Virus record (IMG/VR): IMGVR_UViG_3300021387_001774
Location: 96,001-160,000 of that record
Length of the DNA stretch: 64,000 bases
Source of the DNA: a virus
Lineage: Duplodnaviria > Caudoviricetes
Direction: 5' to 3' (one strand)
Position 1 is the stretch's first letter. Each line of letters begins with the position of its first letter. Below, piece by piece: positions 10,639 through 19,873 of this stretch. Under the pieces are notes generated by a model that worked only from the letters and a program-made list of their open reading frames with translations, searched no databases and was not told where the DNA came from. Position numbers and translations under genes: made by a program.

Positions 10639-11853
10639 ATGGCAGAAGTTAATTTTTTGAACGCGTTTCCAGATAGAGTTTTCAGTAATAATGTAGACTC
10701 TGATATTACTAGAGAAGATTTCTTAGATATAGTAGAAACTAAAGAAAATCTTTTATTTTACGATTATTATACTAAATTACAATTTGATAATATCAAATCT
10801 AAAGCTAAGATGCTAAAAAAGATAAATAGTATCTATAAAACTAATGAATCTTGGGATTTAGAAGAAAGTAGAGAAGGTGTCGTTGGTAGTTTAGTTAAAC
10901 TTTTTATTGAAATAGTTAAGTTTATTATCAAAGTTATTGGAATGATTATTAAAGGAATCTTTAAATTCTTTGTTAATCTTTTCATAAAGAAACCAATAAG
11001 ACGTATAAATGAAAAACGTGTATATAAAGCATACTTACAACGAAAGAAAGCTCATGGTGCTGAAAGTTATGACTATTCTACAGAACGTGATGAACCTCAA
11101 CCTCATAGACCTACTAAACCAACAGGTCCTGCAGAAGGTAATGATAAAGAAATAGCTAATATTAACAAATTCATGGATTATAACATGGAGCAATTAGTTT
11201 CTAAAATGATGGAAAATGAAAGCAAAGATATTCAAAACATGTTTAATGCTATCTTTATTCCTACTAAAGAAACTCTAAACCTTGGCGGTATAAATACTAT
11301 AGGTACAAATATTTGTAAATCATTTGATAAATTCTCATCAGATACTCAACGTCTCGCAACCAACTTTGCATCACACGTAAATCGCGATAAATCTAAAGAA
11401 GATGATCAAAGTATTCAGAATGAAGGAAAGAATATTTCTAACGATATGAATTCTAAAGAATTTTCTATATTTAATGGTGTTGATATTAGTAAAAAGAATT
11501 GGTCAAATAAGGTCACATGTGCTAGACGTACTGTAGACTATATTGTTGCTCCAGGAAATACTCAGAAAGTTATGAAAACTATGGGCGAAATGAGTAACAT
11601 GATAAAGGAAAAACGTGGATCTATGGATCAACAACAAAAACTCTTGGAAGATATTCTTCAAAAAGCTGAAAAGCAACAGAATGTCGAAAAAGAAACAGTT
11701 AATGTTGTTAAAGGTGTTTCTAACTTTATTAGTAGAATTAATAAGTGTTTCATGTGTTTTGGTGATATTGCTAAAACTTTACATACACTTCTTTCTAAAT
11801 TCGAAGAAAATAAAGATGACTATAAAGAAAGAACCGGTCCTGGTAAATTCTAA
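10639..11853 (+). CDS. Probable internal head protein (phiKZ-like processed type)
   Basis: Start MAEVNF with GAGGA SD; S-R-E followed by an amphipathic helix GVVGSLVKLFIEIVKFIIKVIG. Confidence 0.55.
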   Translation: MAEVNFLNAFPDRVFSNNVDSDITREDFLDIVETKENLLFYDYYTKLQFDNIKSKAKMLKKINSIYKTNESWDLEESREGVVGSLVKLFIEIVKFIIKVIGMIIKGIFKFFVNLFIKKPIRRINEKRVYKAYLQRKKAHGAESYDYSTERDEPQPHRPTKPTGPAEGNDKEIANINKFMDYNMEQLVSKMMENESKDIQNMFNAIFIPTKETLNLGGINTIGTNICKSFDKFSSDTQRLATNFASHVNRDKSKEDDQSIQNEGKNISNDMNSKEFSIFNGVDISKKNWSNKVTCARRTVDYIVAPGNTQKVMKTMGEMSNMIKEKRGSMDQQQKLLEDILQKAEKQQNVEKETVNVVKGVSNFISRINKCFMCFGDIAKTLHTLLSKFEENKDDYKERTGPGKF

Positions 11854-11897
11854 AAAAAATAAAGACCCGGGAGATTTCTCTCCCGGATCCTTTTTAT
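11854..11897. terminator. Bidirectional terminator
   Basis: A-run, ccgggaga-tt-tctcccgg type hairpin, T-run. Confidence 0.6.
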
Positions 11898-11912
11898 TAT
11901 GACCACAACCAA

Positions 11913-12242
11913 CTAACAATTTGTATCTGGCTGGTTATGGTCATAATAGTTCTCAACAGAGGTCTTTACCCTCTGTCTTACCAAGTAACGCTTCTTGGCT
12001 GGCGGGAGACTCTGGACATCTCCATTTTCAGATCCCTCGGGTCCATTATTCACGAACCCAAAGAATCTGGAGGATAAGTGCTCATAATCTTCATTCACCC
12101 GGTACTTACCGAATGTGGTGAAGATTATGCTTGATTTTTCCGTATACTTACGGAAACCTTGAATTTGATCCTCCCTTATCCTCATAGGGAGGCTTTCTTT
12201 TTCATCGTCCAGATCGATGAAAACCTGAAAAAATTTTGCCAT
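11913..12242 (-). CDS. Small hypothetical protein, weak FlbD-like pattern
   Basis: AGGAG SD; visibly GC-richer than its neighbours. Confidence 0.6.
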   Translation of the reverse strand: MAKFFQVFIDLDDEKESLPMRIREDQIQGFRKYTEKSSIIFTTFGKYRVNEDYEHLSSRFFGFVNNGPEGSENGDVQSLPPAKKRYLVRQRVKTSVENYYDHNQPDTNC

Positions 12243-12382
12243 AATTGACTCCTTTTCAATATGGTCAAATATCGGATATGAAACCTATTTTCATTCCTTT
12301 ACCTTAATATAATATATAAATGAAGCTTTTAATTGAACAGTAAAAAAAGAAAGGACTTTGGTCCTTTCTTTTAGTAAGTAAA

Positions 12383-12757
12383 TTAATGTGTTAATTTTTC
12401 AATAGTAGTATCATATGTTAATGGTTTACCTTTAAATCGTTTTAATACTAAATTCTTTAATTCTATAGAAGGTATTTTGAACACCGTACCAAGACCTTGT
12501 ATTGCAAAACTACCTCCTCTTTCTGTTACGAAAAAGTCTTCAACCAAGTTAGTTTTCTTATCAAATATAACGTTCGCACAAGTATAACCTGGATATCTTA
12601 TAAACCATCCATAAGTATACTTATCTTCAAATGTATCTGGTTCACCATCATGAGACATAATATACACATGACTTTCACCATATTTTTCATCTTCTCTAAC
12701 ATATTCATCCAGCATTTTAGTTAGTTCGTTTCTTATTCCTAAATAACTTAATGACAT
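12383..12757 (-). CDS. Hypothetical protein
   Basis: 124-aa ORF, AGGAG SD. Confidence 0.65.
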   Translation of the reverse strand: MSLSYLGIRNELTKMLDEYVREDEKYGESHVYIMSHDGEPDTFEDKYTYGWFIRYPGYTCANVIFDKKTNLVEDFFVTERGGSFAIQGLGTVFKIPSIELKNLVLKRFKGKPLTYDTTIEKLTH

Positions 12758-12787
12758 ATTTTCATCTCCTTATAAAACTTAAATCGT

Positions 12788-13303
12788 TTACCCGTTTGCT
12801 TCAAAGAATGGTGACCAACCAATTACATTATCAATTTGTTCATCCGAATAAGGACGAATTACACGCCAGCAGCCATTTTTATAAAAACCTGCGCATGATA
12901 CTATCTTATCTTTATTTTCGTCATATTCGAATACAATAACAACATCTCCAATTTTTGGATACTCATTCGTTTTGTCTGCTTCCTTAATTCGATGAAACAT
13001 AATACCAACTGGTAATTTTCTTAAAAGCTTTTCTATTCGTTTTTCTCTATTAGAATAGTTAGGTACATATGTCCAAGCTACAATATCATCTTTGATTAGC
13101 TCAGTCTTAGTGTTTCTATCATACCAAATACCTTCTTCTGCAGCACATTTTAACTTATGAAGAAATGATGCACAAAATTGATTTCCAGACGTCGTTTGAA
13201 TAAGCACTCTCTCAGACCACATTTCATCATCCTTAATAGGTGGTAAATCATTTGGATCTTCGATTAAATCATGCCACACAATAGGAACCATTGTTCTATT
13301 CAT
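12788..13303 (-). CDS. DUF551-like tandem-domain protein
   Basis: W-H..LP..VL..AW.YVP pattern occurring twice; GAGGAGG SD before ATG 13303. Confidence 0.5.
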   Translation of the reverse strand: MNRTMVPIVWHDLIEDPNDLPPIKDDEMWSERVLIQTTSGNQFCASFLHKLKCAAEEGIWYDRNTKTELIKDDIVAWTYVPNYSNREKRIEKLLRKLPVGIMFHRIKEADKTNEYPKIGDVVIVFEYDENKDKIVSCAGFYKNGCWRVIRPYSDEQIDNVIGWSPFFEANG

Positions 13304-13320
13304 AATTATTTCCTCCTCTA

Positions 13321-13722
13321 TTATTCTAACCAAATACCAATGTATAATGAACCAATTTCATGATCCATATGTACACTAGCAATAATTCCTTTTTTAACCA
13401 TTAATGGAAGACATTCTCTTACTTCACAGTATGGAATTGAACCAAGCTTTTCATTAAGTATCAGTTCCCTAAAAGCCCATTCAGTAATATAGACGTATTT
13501 CATATTATTCCTATTATTTGTACCATAAAAACTAGTAATTCCAATTTCTCTTGATACAGGATCACGTATCCAATATTTAAAAATTCCTCTCCATCTTAAA
13601 GAATCTTTAGAAATAAATTCCCAATCAAAATTCTTTATTGCAGATTCAACTGTACTAAAGATAATATTGACATAGTCGTTAACGTCAGGATTTATCTTCT
13701 CCACCAATTCGTTTAAATTCAT
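13321..13722 (-). CDS. Hypothetical protein
   Basis: GGAGG SD, 133 aa. Confidence 0.65.
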   Translation of the reverse strand: MNLNELVEKINPDVNDYVNIIFSTVESAIKNFDWEFISKDSLRWRGIFKYWIRDPVSREIGITSFYGTNNRNNMKYVYITEWAFRELILNEKLGSIPYCEVRECLPLMVKKGIIASVHMDHEIGSLYIGIWLE

Positions 13723-13928
13723 AACATATACCTCCAGTATTTATTAGAATATAAACTCTAGAAAATTCGTTTAACTTTCTAGAGATCACTAATGTATAAA
13801 TTATTTCTTTTTCAGTTTCCTATATATCGTATTTATAGGTTTCTTTATTAATAGATTTATGAAAAATTCTACAATAGATACTATAGTTAATACAATAAGA
13901 CTTACATAATATGTAATATCATCCATAG

Positions 13929-15800
13929 CTACCACATTTCCTCCCCTTGATATAAATATTCGGATTCACCTATCCATACAGATTTACATTCATCCAATAT
14001 AAAATCATCAGAATAATCAACCAATTCTTCTAAACTATATGTATTAGAATATTCGAACCATTTTTCTGCTTTTAACATACTCTTAAGAGAAACAGAATTC
14101 TGAACATTCTGTACAGTTTCATTTTTAGGAACTATATCTAATATATTTCCTTTACTTGTTTTTGGTTTATCTCTAATATCAGTTGCACCTCTACTAGTGA
14201 TTCCATTATTAATTGAACTAGCATCAGTATTTGGTATAGCTTCTAAATATAATGGTTTTGGTAAATAAATATCATCTTCGATAATAATTCCATCTTTAAT
14301 TTCCAATACGAAATACTCTAATCCATATTTACCAGAATATCTACATTTACTTCGTTTACATGTTAAGAACTTTCTTCCTTCATGCATTTCTATATCAATA
14401 AACATGGCCCAAGATGCAGCTTGAATAATACCGAATGATTCACCAATGTATTCGTTAGTCAATTGTGAAACAGCGTTTGCTCCACCTTGCATCTTAATAT
14501 TAGCAAGAATTGTATCACCAGATCTATTCAACTGATGAGCTGCTATAACTGGAATATCTCTATATTTCGCCAAAGACAATAAATCATCAGCGATATTCTT
14601 TAACTGAATACGATTTTCTTTACCGAGATCTTCTTGACGAGGTTTCATTACACCAATATAGTCAACAAGTACAGCTTTTACTTTATAACCTTCTTCTTCA
14701 AGTATTTCACAAGTTCTATCTATATCATCTACAGAAATTGATCTAGCATCAGCATGTATGAACGAAATATCTATAGGATTATTTTCTTTATCACTATCAA
14801 ATGTGTGTTTCCATGATGAAAACAATTCTTCCTTAGAAGTACACTTACCAATATCCTTTCCTGCTACTACTTTATAAAGACGTTCATTATCTTCATCAAT
14901 ATCGTTTTCCATTTCTACGAATACTATAGTTGGAATCTTTCCAGTCGTTTTATATTCATCCATAAGCTTTGCTGCATTATATTCTTTAATCATACGAGCA
15001 AAGTGTAACAATATAGCTGACTTAAATGAGTTAGTTCTAGCATTAAACAAATAAAAGTTTTTATTCTGAAATCCACCACGAGGACCTAATGCAGAGTTCA
15101 TAGCTACCCAACCAGTTTGAAGAGCTGATGCTGGGTTTCTTATTGCTTCATAAGTATCATGTAAGAAATCATAAAATGAAGGATCTGATGTATGAACTAT
15201 ATTGTTTAAATCTGAAGAATTATCAGTTCCTCTAAAGAAATTCATTATATCTGTTATTAAGTTTCTATATTTACCAAGTATTGTTGGAAAGTCTTTATAA
15301 GAACAAGTTGTTAATTCGCTAGTCAAATCATAGAGATCATCTTTAGTATCAAGAATATAAGACCATTTGAGATTTTGATCTAGTGATTCTGATACATATG
15401 CTAATTCTGTTTCTATTGAATCTTCTTTTGCAAGTTTAATCTGTGGTATAATAAGATTATTCTTTACTTCTTCATATTCATCATCTGGAAGTAATAAGTT
15501 TACATTAAATAAAATATCTTCAAGTTTAAGACTTGTACCTAATTTAGTTTTAGTCAATAATAATGAATCACAAACAATAATCATTGCTTCTAGATGATTA
15601 TCATTATAATAAAAATCTCTATCTATTACGTCAAGAAAACGTTTTATATTTATTAACTGTCTTCTCATTATAGAAGTATCACTAGCTAATATTTTAATAA
15701 GACAAAGTAAAAATCTATCTGAAACTAAATATGATCTGAATTTCTTCTTACTCTTATATCCTGTTTGGTTGTTTGTTTGGGAAATATTACCGATATTCAT
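13929..15800 (-). CDS. Replicative DnaB-like helicase
   Basis: TGW..N..LG, Walker A-like ARTNSFKS, EME, VDYI, HQLNR, K.R motifs. Confidence 0.85.
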   Translation of the reverse strand: MNIGNISQTNNQTGYKSKKKFRSYLVSDRFLLCLIKILASDTSIMRRQLINIKRFLDVIDRDFYYNDNHLEAMIIVCDSLLLTKTKLGTSLKLEDILFNVNLLLPDDEYEEVKNNLIIPQIKLAKEDSIETELAYVSESLDQNLKWSYILDTKDDLYDLTSELTTCSYKDFPTILGKYRNLITDIMNFFRGTDNSSDLNNIVHTSDPSFYDFLHDTYEAIRNPASALQTGWVAMNSALGPRGGFQNKNFYLFNARTNSFKSAILLHFARMIKEYNAAKLMDEYKTTGKIPTIVFVEMENDIDEDNERLYKVVAGKDIGKCTSKEELFSSWKHTFDSDKENNPIDISFIHADARSISVDDIDRTCEILEEEGYKVKAVLVDYIGVMKPRQEDLGKENRIQLKNIADDLLSLAKYRDIPVIAAHQLNRSGDTILANIKMQGGANAVSQLTNEYIGESFGIIQAASWAMFIDIEMHEGRKFLTCKRSKCRYSGKYGLEYFVLEIKDGIIIEDDIYLPKPLYLEAIPNTDASSINNGITSRGATDIRDKPKTSKGNILDIVPKNETVQNVQNSVSLKSMLKAEKWFEYSNTYSLEELVDYSDDFILDECKSVWIGESEYLYQGEEMW

Positions 15801-15927
15801 AAAATAAGCACCTCACATGGTATATAATATAATCCTTTCAGTTTTTAAAATAAATATGTCATAGGACAACGTCCTATGACATAAACGAGGTTGTTAAGGA
15901 GGTCAAAATGTATATGAATTACCCAAT

Positions 15928-16284
15928 TTACTTTTGTTTATTTACTACCATAAACATTTCCTCTTCACGAGTCAATGTTAAGAAAGTAAGTAAATCATCC
16001 GCATCATCAGGCAGTTCTTTTAATGGAAGTTTTGTTTTAATTAATGATAAAGCTTTACCAAAATCATCAGTATTCAAACATTCTACCATTGAAACTTTTG
16101 TAGCTAAAGACTCTATACTATTTGCAAGTTTAAGCAAGACTTCTTTAGCATTTGATATTATAGCTTTTCTACGTTCTTCTATTTCGTTCTCAGGAACATG
16201 TAGATTACGTAGTTTATTTCTTTGTAGTTCTCTTACTTCTTTAAGAGAATAAAATTGTTCTTCAGTATTCTTTTCATCAGCCAT
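15928..16284 (-). CDS. Hypothetical protein
   Basis: AGGAG SD, MADEKN start. Confidence 0.6.
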   Translation of the reverse strand: MADEKNTEEQFYSLKEVRELQRNKLRNLHVPENEIEERRKAIISNAKEVLLKLANSIESLATKVSMVECLNTDDFGKALSLIKTKLPLKELPDDADDLLTFLTLTREEEMFMVVNKQK

Positions 16285-16298
16285 ATTAATCAACTCCT

Positions 16299-17372
16299 TT
16301 ATATTATATAAGATTGTAATTCTACAGGATTGGATAAATTTCCAAAATCCTTACAAGGATTACCATTACTATCGTTGGCAATGTTATAATGAATATGTAT
16401 AGTATCAAGAAGATGTCTCATATCTTTAAACATTTCTTCATACCAACGAAGATCGGTATCTTTATCATTGTCTGCAAAAATATGTATAGTAGCATTAATA
16501 AACCCAGTCATTTTCATAATCTGATTTATTGCTCGTTTATATGCTGTTCTTGTACCTATTGCTGCAAATACAACATCGGTTCTATCTTCAGGATAATATA
16601 ATTCTTTTGCTCCTATTATATCATAATTGCCTTCTGCTAAACAAATAGTTGGAGTAGGCGTTAAAAGATCGATCTTAGTACTAGGTATGTACAAGTAAGG
16701 ATTACCTATATTTTTGTTAATAACATGAACCATATATCTTTTTGATTTAAGTCTTTCACTATTTATATTACGTAAATTAACTTTATTATTATCTACACTA
16801 AGTATACCTACAAAATGTTTACTGAATTCATCTATAAGATATTTGATACTCATACAAGCTTTCTTATCAGATTTATCAGTAAACTGTAGAATATCAAGAT
16901 TATTAAAAGTATACAAATCATGTAGATTTAATACTATCTTATATGTGAAAATATCTTTCATAGTTAATTTTCTATTGAAACGTTTTGAAAGATAATCTAA
17001 TTTAAACTTATCTTCTGGTCTAACGAAATCAGGTATTCTAAGATTAAGTGTTTCATACTTAGAAATTTTATTTATAGTTTTAGGAACTCCAGTCTTAATA
17101 TCCTGAAATATCATCAAGTCTTTATCAACTTTAATTCCAAGCGTATCATAAAACTTTTTACCTACATTACCAGAGAACAAACATTGTTTACATCCATAAC
17201 CAAGAATCTTCAATCCTTTTGATGTAAACGCTGGATTATGAGATAGCCCAACATACAATTTATTGTCTTTTTTGTTACATACAGGACAATGCATTCTTAT
17301 TTGAGTATCATTTACTTTCACAGAACCTGGGATAGTCAAAAGAAATTGTAATATTTTCTGATATTGTTCCAT
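16299..17372 (-). CDS. DNA primase (Zn finger plus TOPRIM)
   Basis: CPVC...CKQC, AEG.YD, ADND, KDF. Confidence 0.8.
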   Translation of the reverse strand: MEQYQKILQFLLTIPGSVKVNDTQIRMHCPVCNKKDNKLYVGLSHNPAFTSKGLKILGYGCKQCLFSGNVGKKFYDTLGIKVDKDLMIFQDIKTGVPKTINKISKYETLNLRIPDFVRPEDKFKLDYLSKRFNRKLTMKDIFTYKIVLNLHDLYTFNNLDILQFTDKSDKKACMSIKYLIDEFSKHFVGILSVDNNKVNLRNINSERLKSKRYMVHVINKNIGNPYLYIPSTKIDLLTPTPTICLAEGNYDIIGAKELYYPEDRTDVVFAAIGTRTAYKRAINQIMKMTGFINATIHIFADNDKDTDLRWYEEMFKDMRHLLDTIHIHYNIANDSNGNPCKDFGNLSNPVELQSYII

Positions 17373-17447
17373 ATATGTCTAACCTCAAATCAACAATATA
17401 TAATTAAAATTATATTTAGTTGTGAGATTAATTTTTAAAAGTTATTA

Positions 17448-18323
17448 TTACCACTGATTAGGATTTGTAGGTTTGGCTGTAACATTAAAATTACTAGTTA
17501 TTGACCGCGAATTCTGTCCTGAAGCTCCATCAGCTACACTTCCGTATCTTGACCAAGAGCCATAACTAGTAGTAAATTTTGAATGATAAAGAAATTGACC
17601 CGTTTTAGGATCATAAGTTGCTTTATGGTACCAAGCGTCAGCATGAGAAATTTGTACAACGTTGCTCCACCAATAATATTTACCATCTTTCCAGTATGAT
17701 TCAGTTGAATATAAATTATAGTTTGTACTGCTTTTCATCTTTCCATATTCCCATCCAGTTCTCCATTTAGTAATATCTCCAGGTATTTGATAATATCCAC
17801 TAGGAATAGTACCAGCAGGAGGAGGAAATATATAAATATCGAAATTGAAATCATCCTCCGCACCATATTTATTCAAAAACTTATATCTTAAATCTTTACT
17901 AAGATCTATCTTAAATTTATTCAAATTAGTTCTAATAGTAGTATTAAAATTACTAATATCACCTTTATTTTTATACAATTGAATTCTTTTACTATTCTTA
18001 ATATTTTCATTTGTACCTTTACATTTATCTACATTTCTCATTATCAATGATGAATCATATGAATTTATATTATCTTGAGGTCTAAATAAGTGATAAACGT
18101 CATCAGAACGATTAAAAATTGATGAAGAAGAGGGTTGTACTATTTTTATTTTATTTAATTCGTCTATTTTTTCAAGACCTTTATTATCAACGTCGTTAGA
18201 ATAAAGATATTTTTTATCTTCTTTACATAATATGTTATTAGTAGTTTCGTTTACTTTTCTAACCTTATCATTATCTGATATACAATTTTTAATACTTTTT
18301 ATTAAAGAATTTACTGATTTCAT
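17448..18323 (-). CDS. Late (probably virion) protein with a K/N-rich N-part and an aromatic-rich C-terminal domain
   Basis: GGAGG SD, GACA-N5-ATATA at 18347-18360; PPP linker then a W/Y/G-rich domain. Confidence 0.7.
   Translation of the reverse strand: MKSVNSLIKSIKNCISDNDKVRKVNETTNNILCKEDKKYLYSNDVDNKGLEKIDELNKIKIVQPSSSSIFNRSDDVYHLFRPQDNINSYDSSLIMRNVDKCKGTNENIKNSKRIQLYKNKGDISNFNTTIRTNLNKFKIDLSKDLRYKFLNKYGAEDDFNFDIYIFPPPAGTIPSGYYQIPGDITKWRTGWEYGKMKSSTNYNLYSTESYWKDGKYYWWSNVVQISHADAWYHKATYDPKTGQFLYHSKFTTSYGSWSRYGSVADGASGQNSRSITSNFNVTAKPTNPNQW
17935..18020. repeat. 86-bp perfect inverted repeat, arm 1 (inside the CDS)
   Basis: Exact reverse complement of 18393-18478, checked base by base. Confidence 0.95.
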
Positions 18324-18392
18324 ACAAGAAATCCTCCATTTTTAGATATATTACCATGTCAGCCCACCCACCACCCGTGTAAATAAACTTTG

Positions 18393-18478
18393 AAAGGTAC
18401 AAATGAAAATATTAAGAATAGTAAAAGAATTCAATTGTATAAAAATAAAGGTGATATTAGTAATTTTAATACTACTAT
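18393..18478. repeat. 86-bp perfect inverted repeat, arm 2 (intergenic)
   Basis: Encodes the same peptide KGTNENIKNSKRIQLYKNKGDISNFNTT on the plus strand. Confidence 0.95.
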
Positions 18479-18553
18479 ACTGCTACAAGATATATGGGTT
18501 CAACAAGTGGTCCGTAGTCTATATATTTTAACTACTGTTCAAACCTATCTTTC

Positions 18554-18570
18554 AATTATATATTATATAT
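18554..18570 (+). promoter_or_regulatory. Early-type promoter AATTATATATTATA
   Basis: Same motif as about 20 other intergenic sites. Confidence 0.65.
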
Positions 18571-18813
18571 GTGAAGGGATGGAGGTATCTCGCAGCCAGA
18601 AACAGTACCCTTCCTGGGCTGGAGAATATTAGTGTCTATGCTTTTTAGCATAGACACTTCGAAAAAAGCAAATAAACATCTGACTCACCACTTGTTGTGG
18701 TGCGCTAAGAGCCAGGGATTGGAAGCCGCAGGTTTAACTGCATCGGTGCGCAACGATGTAGAAGTTAGATCCAATCAAGTTAAGAAGGGTGTATACTACA
18801 CCCTTCTTTTTTT
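18571..18813 (+). ncRNA. Putative structured noncoding RNA of unknown family
   Basis: GC-rich island between a promoter and a terminator; multiple stems and a possible pseudoknot; no convincing ORF. Confidence 0.6.
18782..18813 (+). terminator. Intrinsic terminator
   Basis: aagaagggtgta-tac-tacacccttctt plus a T-run. Confidence 0.8.
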
Positions 18814-18880
18814 ATTTATATATTATATTAATAGTAAACTCGTATGAGTTTATAAAAATATTTTCCAAGGAGTTACAATT

Positions 18881-19828
18881 ATGGAAAAAAGAACTTTTTC
18901 AGCGATCGTGAAGTTTTATAATTACTTCATGAATTCACCAGAATTTAAGCGGTTGGAAAGAGTAAATCAATTTAGAGAACCAATCATAAGTGCATCGTTT
19001 TCTGTACTTACTGGAGCTTTAATATTTTGTATTTATTCTTTAATGATGTGTTTAAAAGGAGTTTCACCATTTGATGACAGATATGTAGGGTTATCAATAA
19101 CACTTTTAATAGGTTCTACAAGTTTTGTTGGATTTATAATTAGTGTTTATTGTGGTTTTTCCAGTTTTACTAAAATCGGAACATACGAAGATTTAGTACA
19201 ATTAAAACGTGAACTTGAGTACCTCATTCAAAAAATAGTTTTTAATAAACCTTTATCTGTTAAAGAACCATCTCATTATATTGGTACGGAAAGCTTTTCA
19301 ATAGAAATAGATAGAATAACATCTTTATTATATTCTACTTCTATGAAAGTACTTGATTTTTCTTTCTATAACAGATTATCTAGAGTTTTAACTGAGATCT
19401 TGGGAGAATTTATGTCCTTAAGTGCTCATGTAGTAACATATGATAATCTCAGGAAATGTGTAGAAAAAATAATATTTTTCGATATCAATATATTGAATTC
19501 TGTACCTTTTTCTTCTATACATCGAAACGATCTAGCGGAAGTTAACTCAGTCAGATGTATAAAGGATTATGGAGCAATCATAAAAAATTCAGATCTTCTA
19601 AAAAATAATTGTTATGAATTCTTGATTAGAACACGTCTAGCCACTAATCCTGATGATTTAGAAATGTTAAAATCTACAGATCTTTTCGATAAAAACAACT
19701 ATATATTTAATTGCGAAGCCGTTCGTTCGTCTTACGGTTTAACCTGTTTAGAGATGGATAAACGAATAGCAGAATTCCGTAAAAAGTATGAGAAAGAAAA
19801 AAGAGAAGATATTATCGATTGGATCTAA
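18881..19828 (+). CDS. Membrane protein with two TM helices
   Basis: AGGAG SD, early promoter at 18814-18832. Confidence 0.7.
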   Translation: MEKRTFSAIVKFYNYFMNSPEFKRLERVNQFREPIISASFSVLTGALIFCIYSLMMCLKGVSPFDDRYVGLSITLLIGSTSFVGFIISVYCGFSSFTKIGTYEDLVQLKRELEYLIQKIVFNKPLSVKEPSHYIGTESFSIEIDRITSLLYSTSMKVLDFSFYNRLSRVLTEILGEFMSLSAHVVTYDNLRKCVEKIIFFDINILNSVPFSSIHRNDLAEVNSVRCIKDYGAIIKNSDLLKNNCYEFLIRTRLATNPDDLEMLKSTDLFDKNNYIFNCEAVRSSYGLTCLEMDKRIAEFRKKYEKEKREDIIDWI

Positions 19829-19830
19829 TT

Positions 19831-19871
19831 AAAAACCTGGGAGCATAAAACTCCCAGGTTTATTTTTTTTT
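19831..19871. terminator. Bidirectional terminator
   Basis: aaacctgggag...ctcccaggttt plus a T-run. Confidence 0.7.
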
Positions 19872-19873
19872 CT

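Noticed and set aside
18573-18780. tmRNA, glmS ribozyme, group II intron domain V or RNase P identity for the ncRNA
   Set aside because: Only short partial resemblances (GCA AAT, GGATGGAGGT, AGCCG..CGGT); the required flanking elements are missing
17448-18813. Diversity-generating retroelement or retron
   Set aside because: The repeat has no adenine-specific mismatches, does not cover the C-terminus, and no reverse transcriptase is in the window
18390-18847. ORFs 18390..18632 and 18632..18847 as independent genes
   Set aside because: TTG/GTG starts without a clear SD; the first is mostly the inverted repeat and both cross a promoter or terminator; better explained as repeat plus ncRNA
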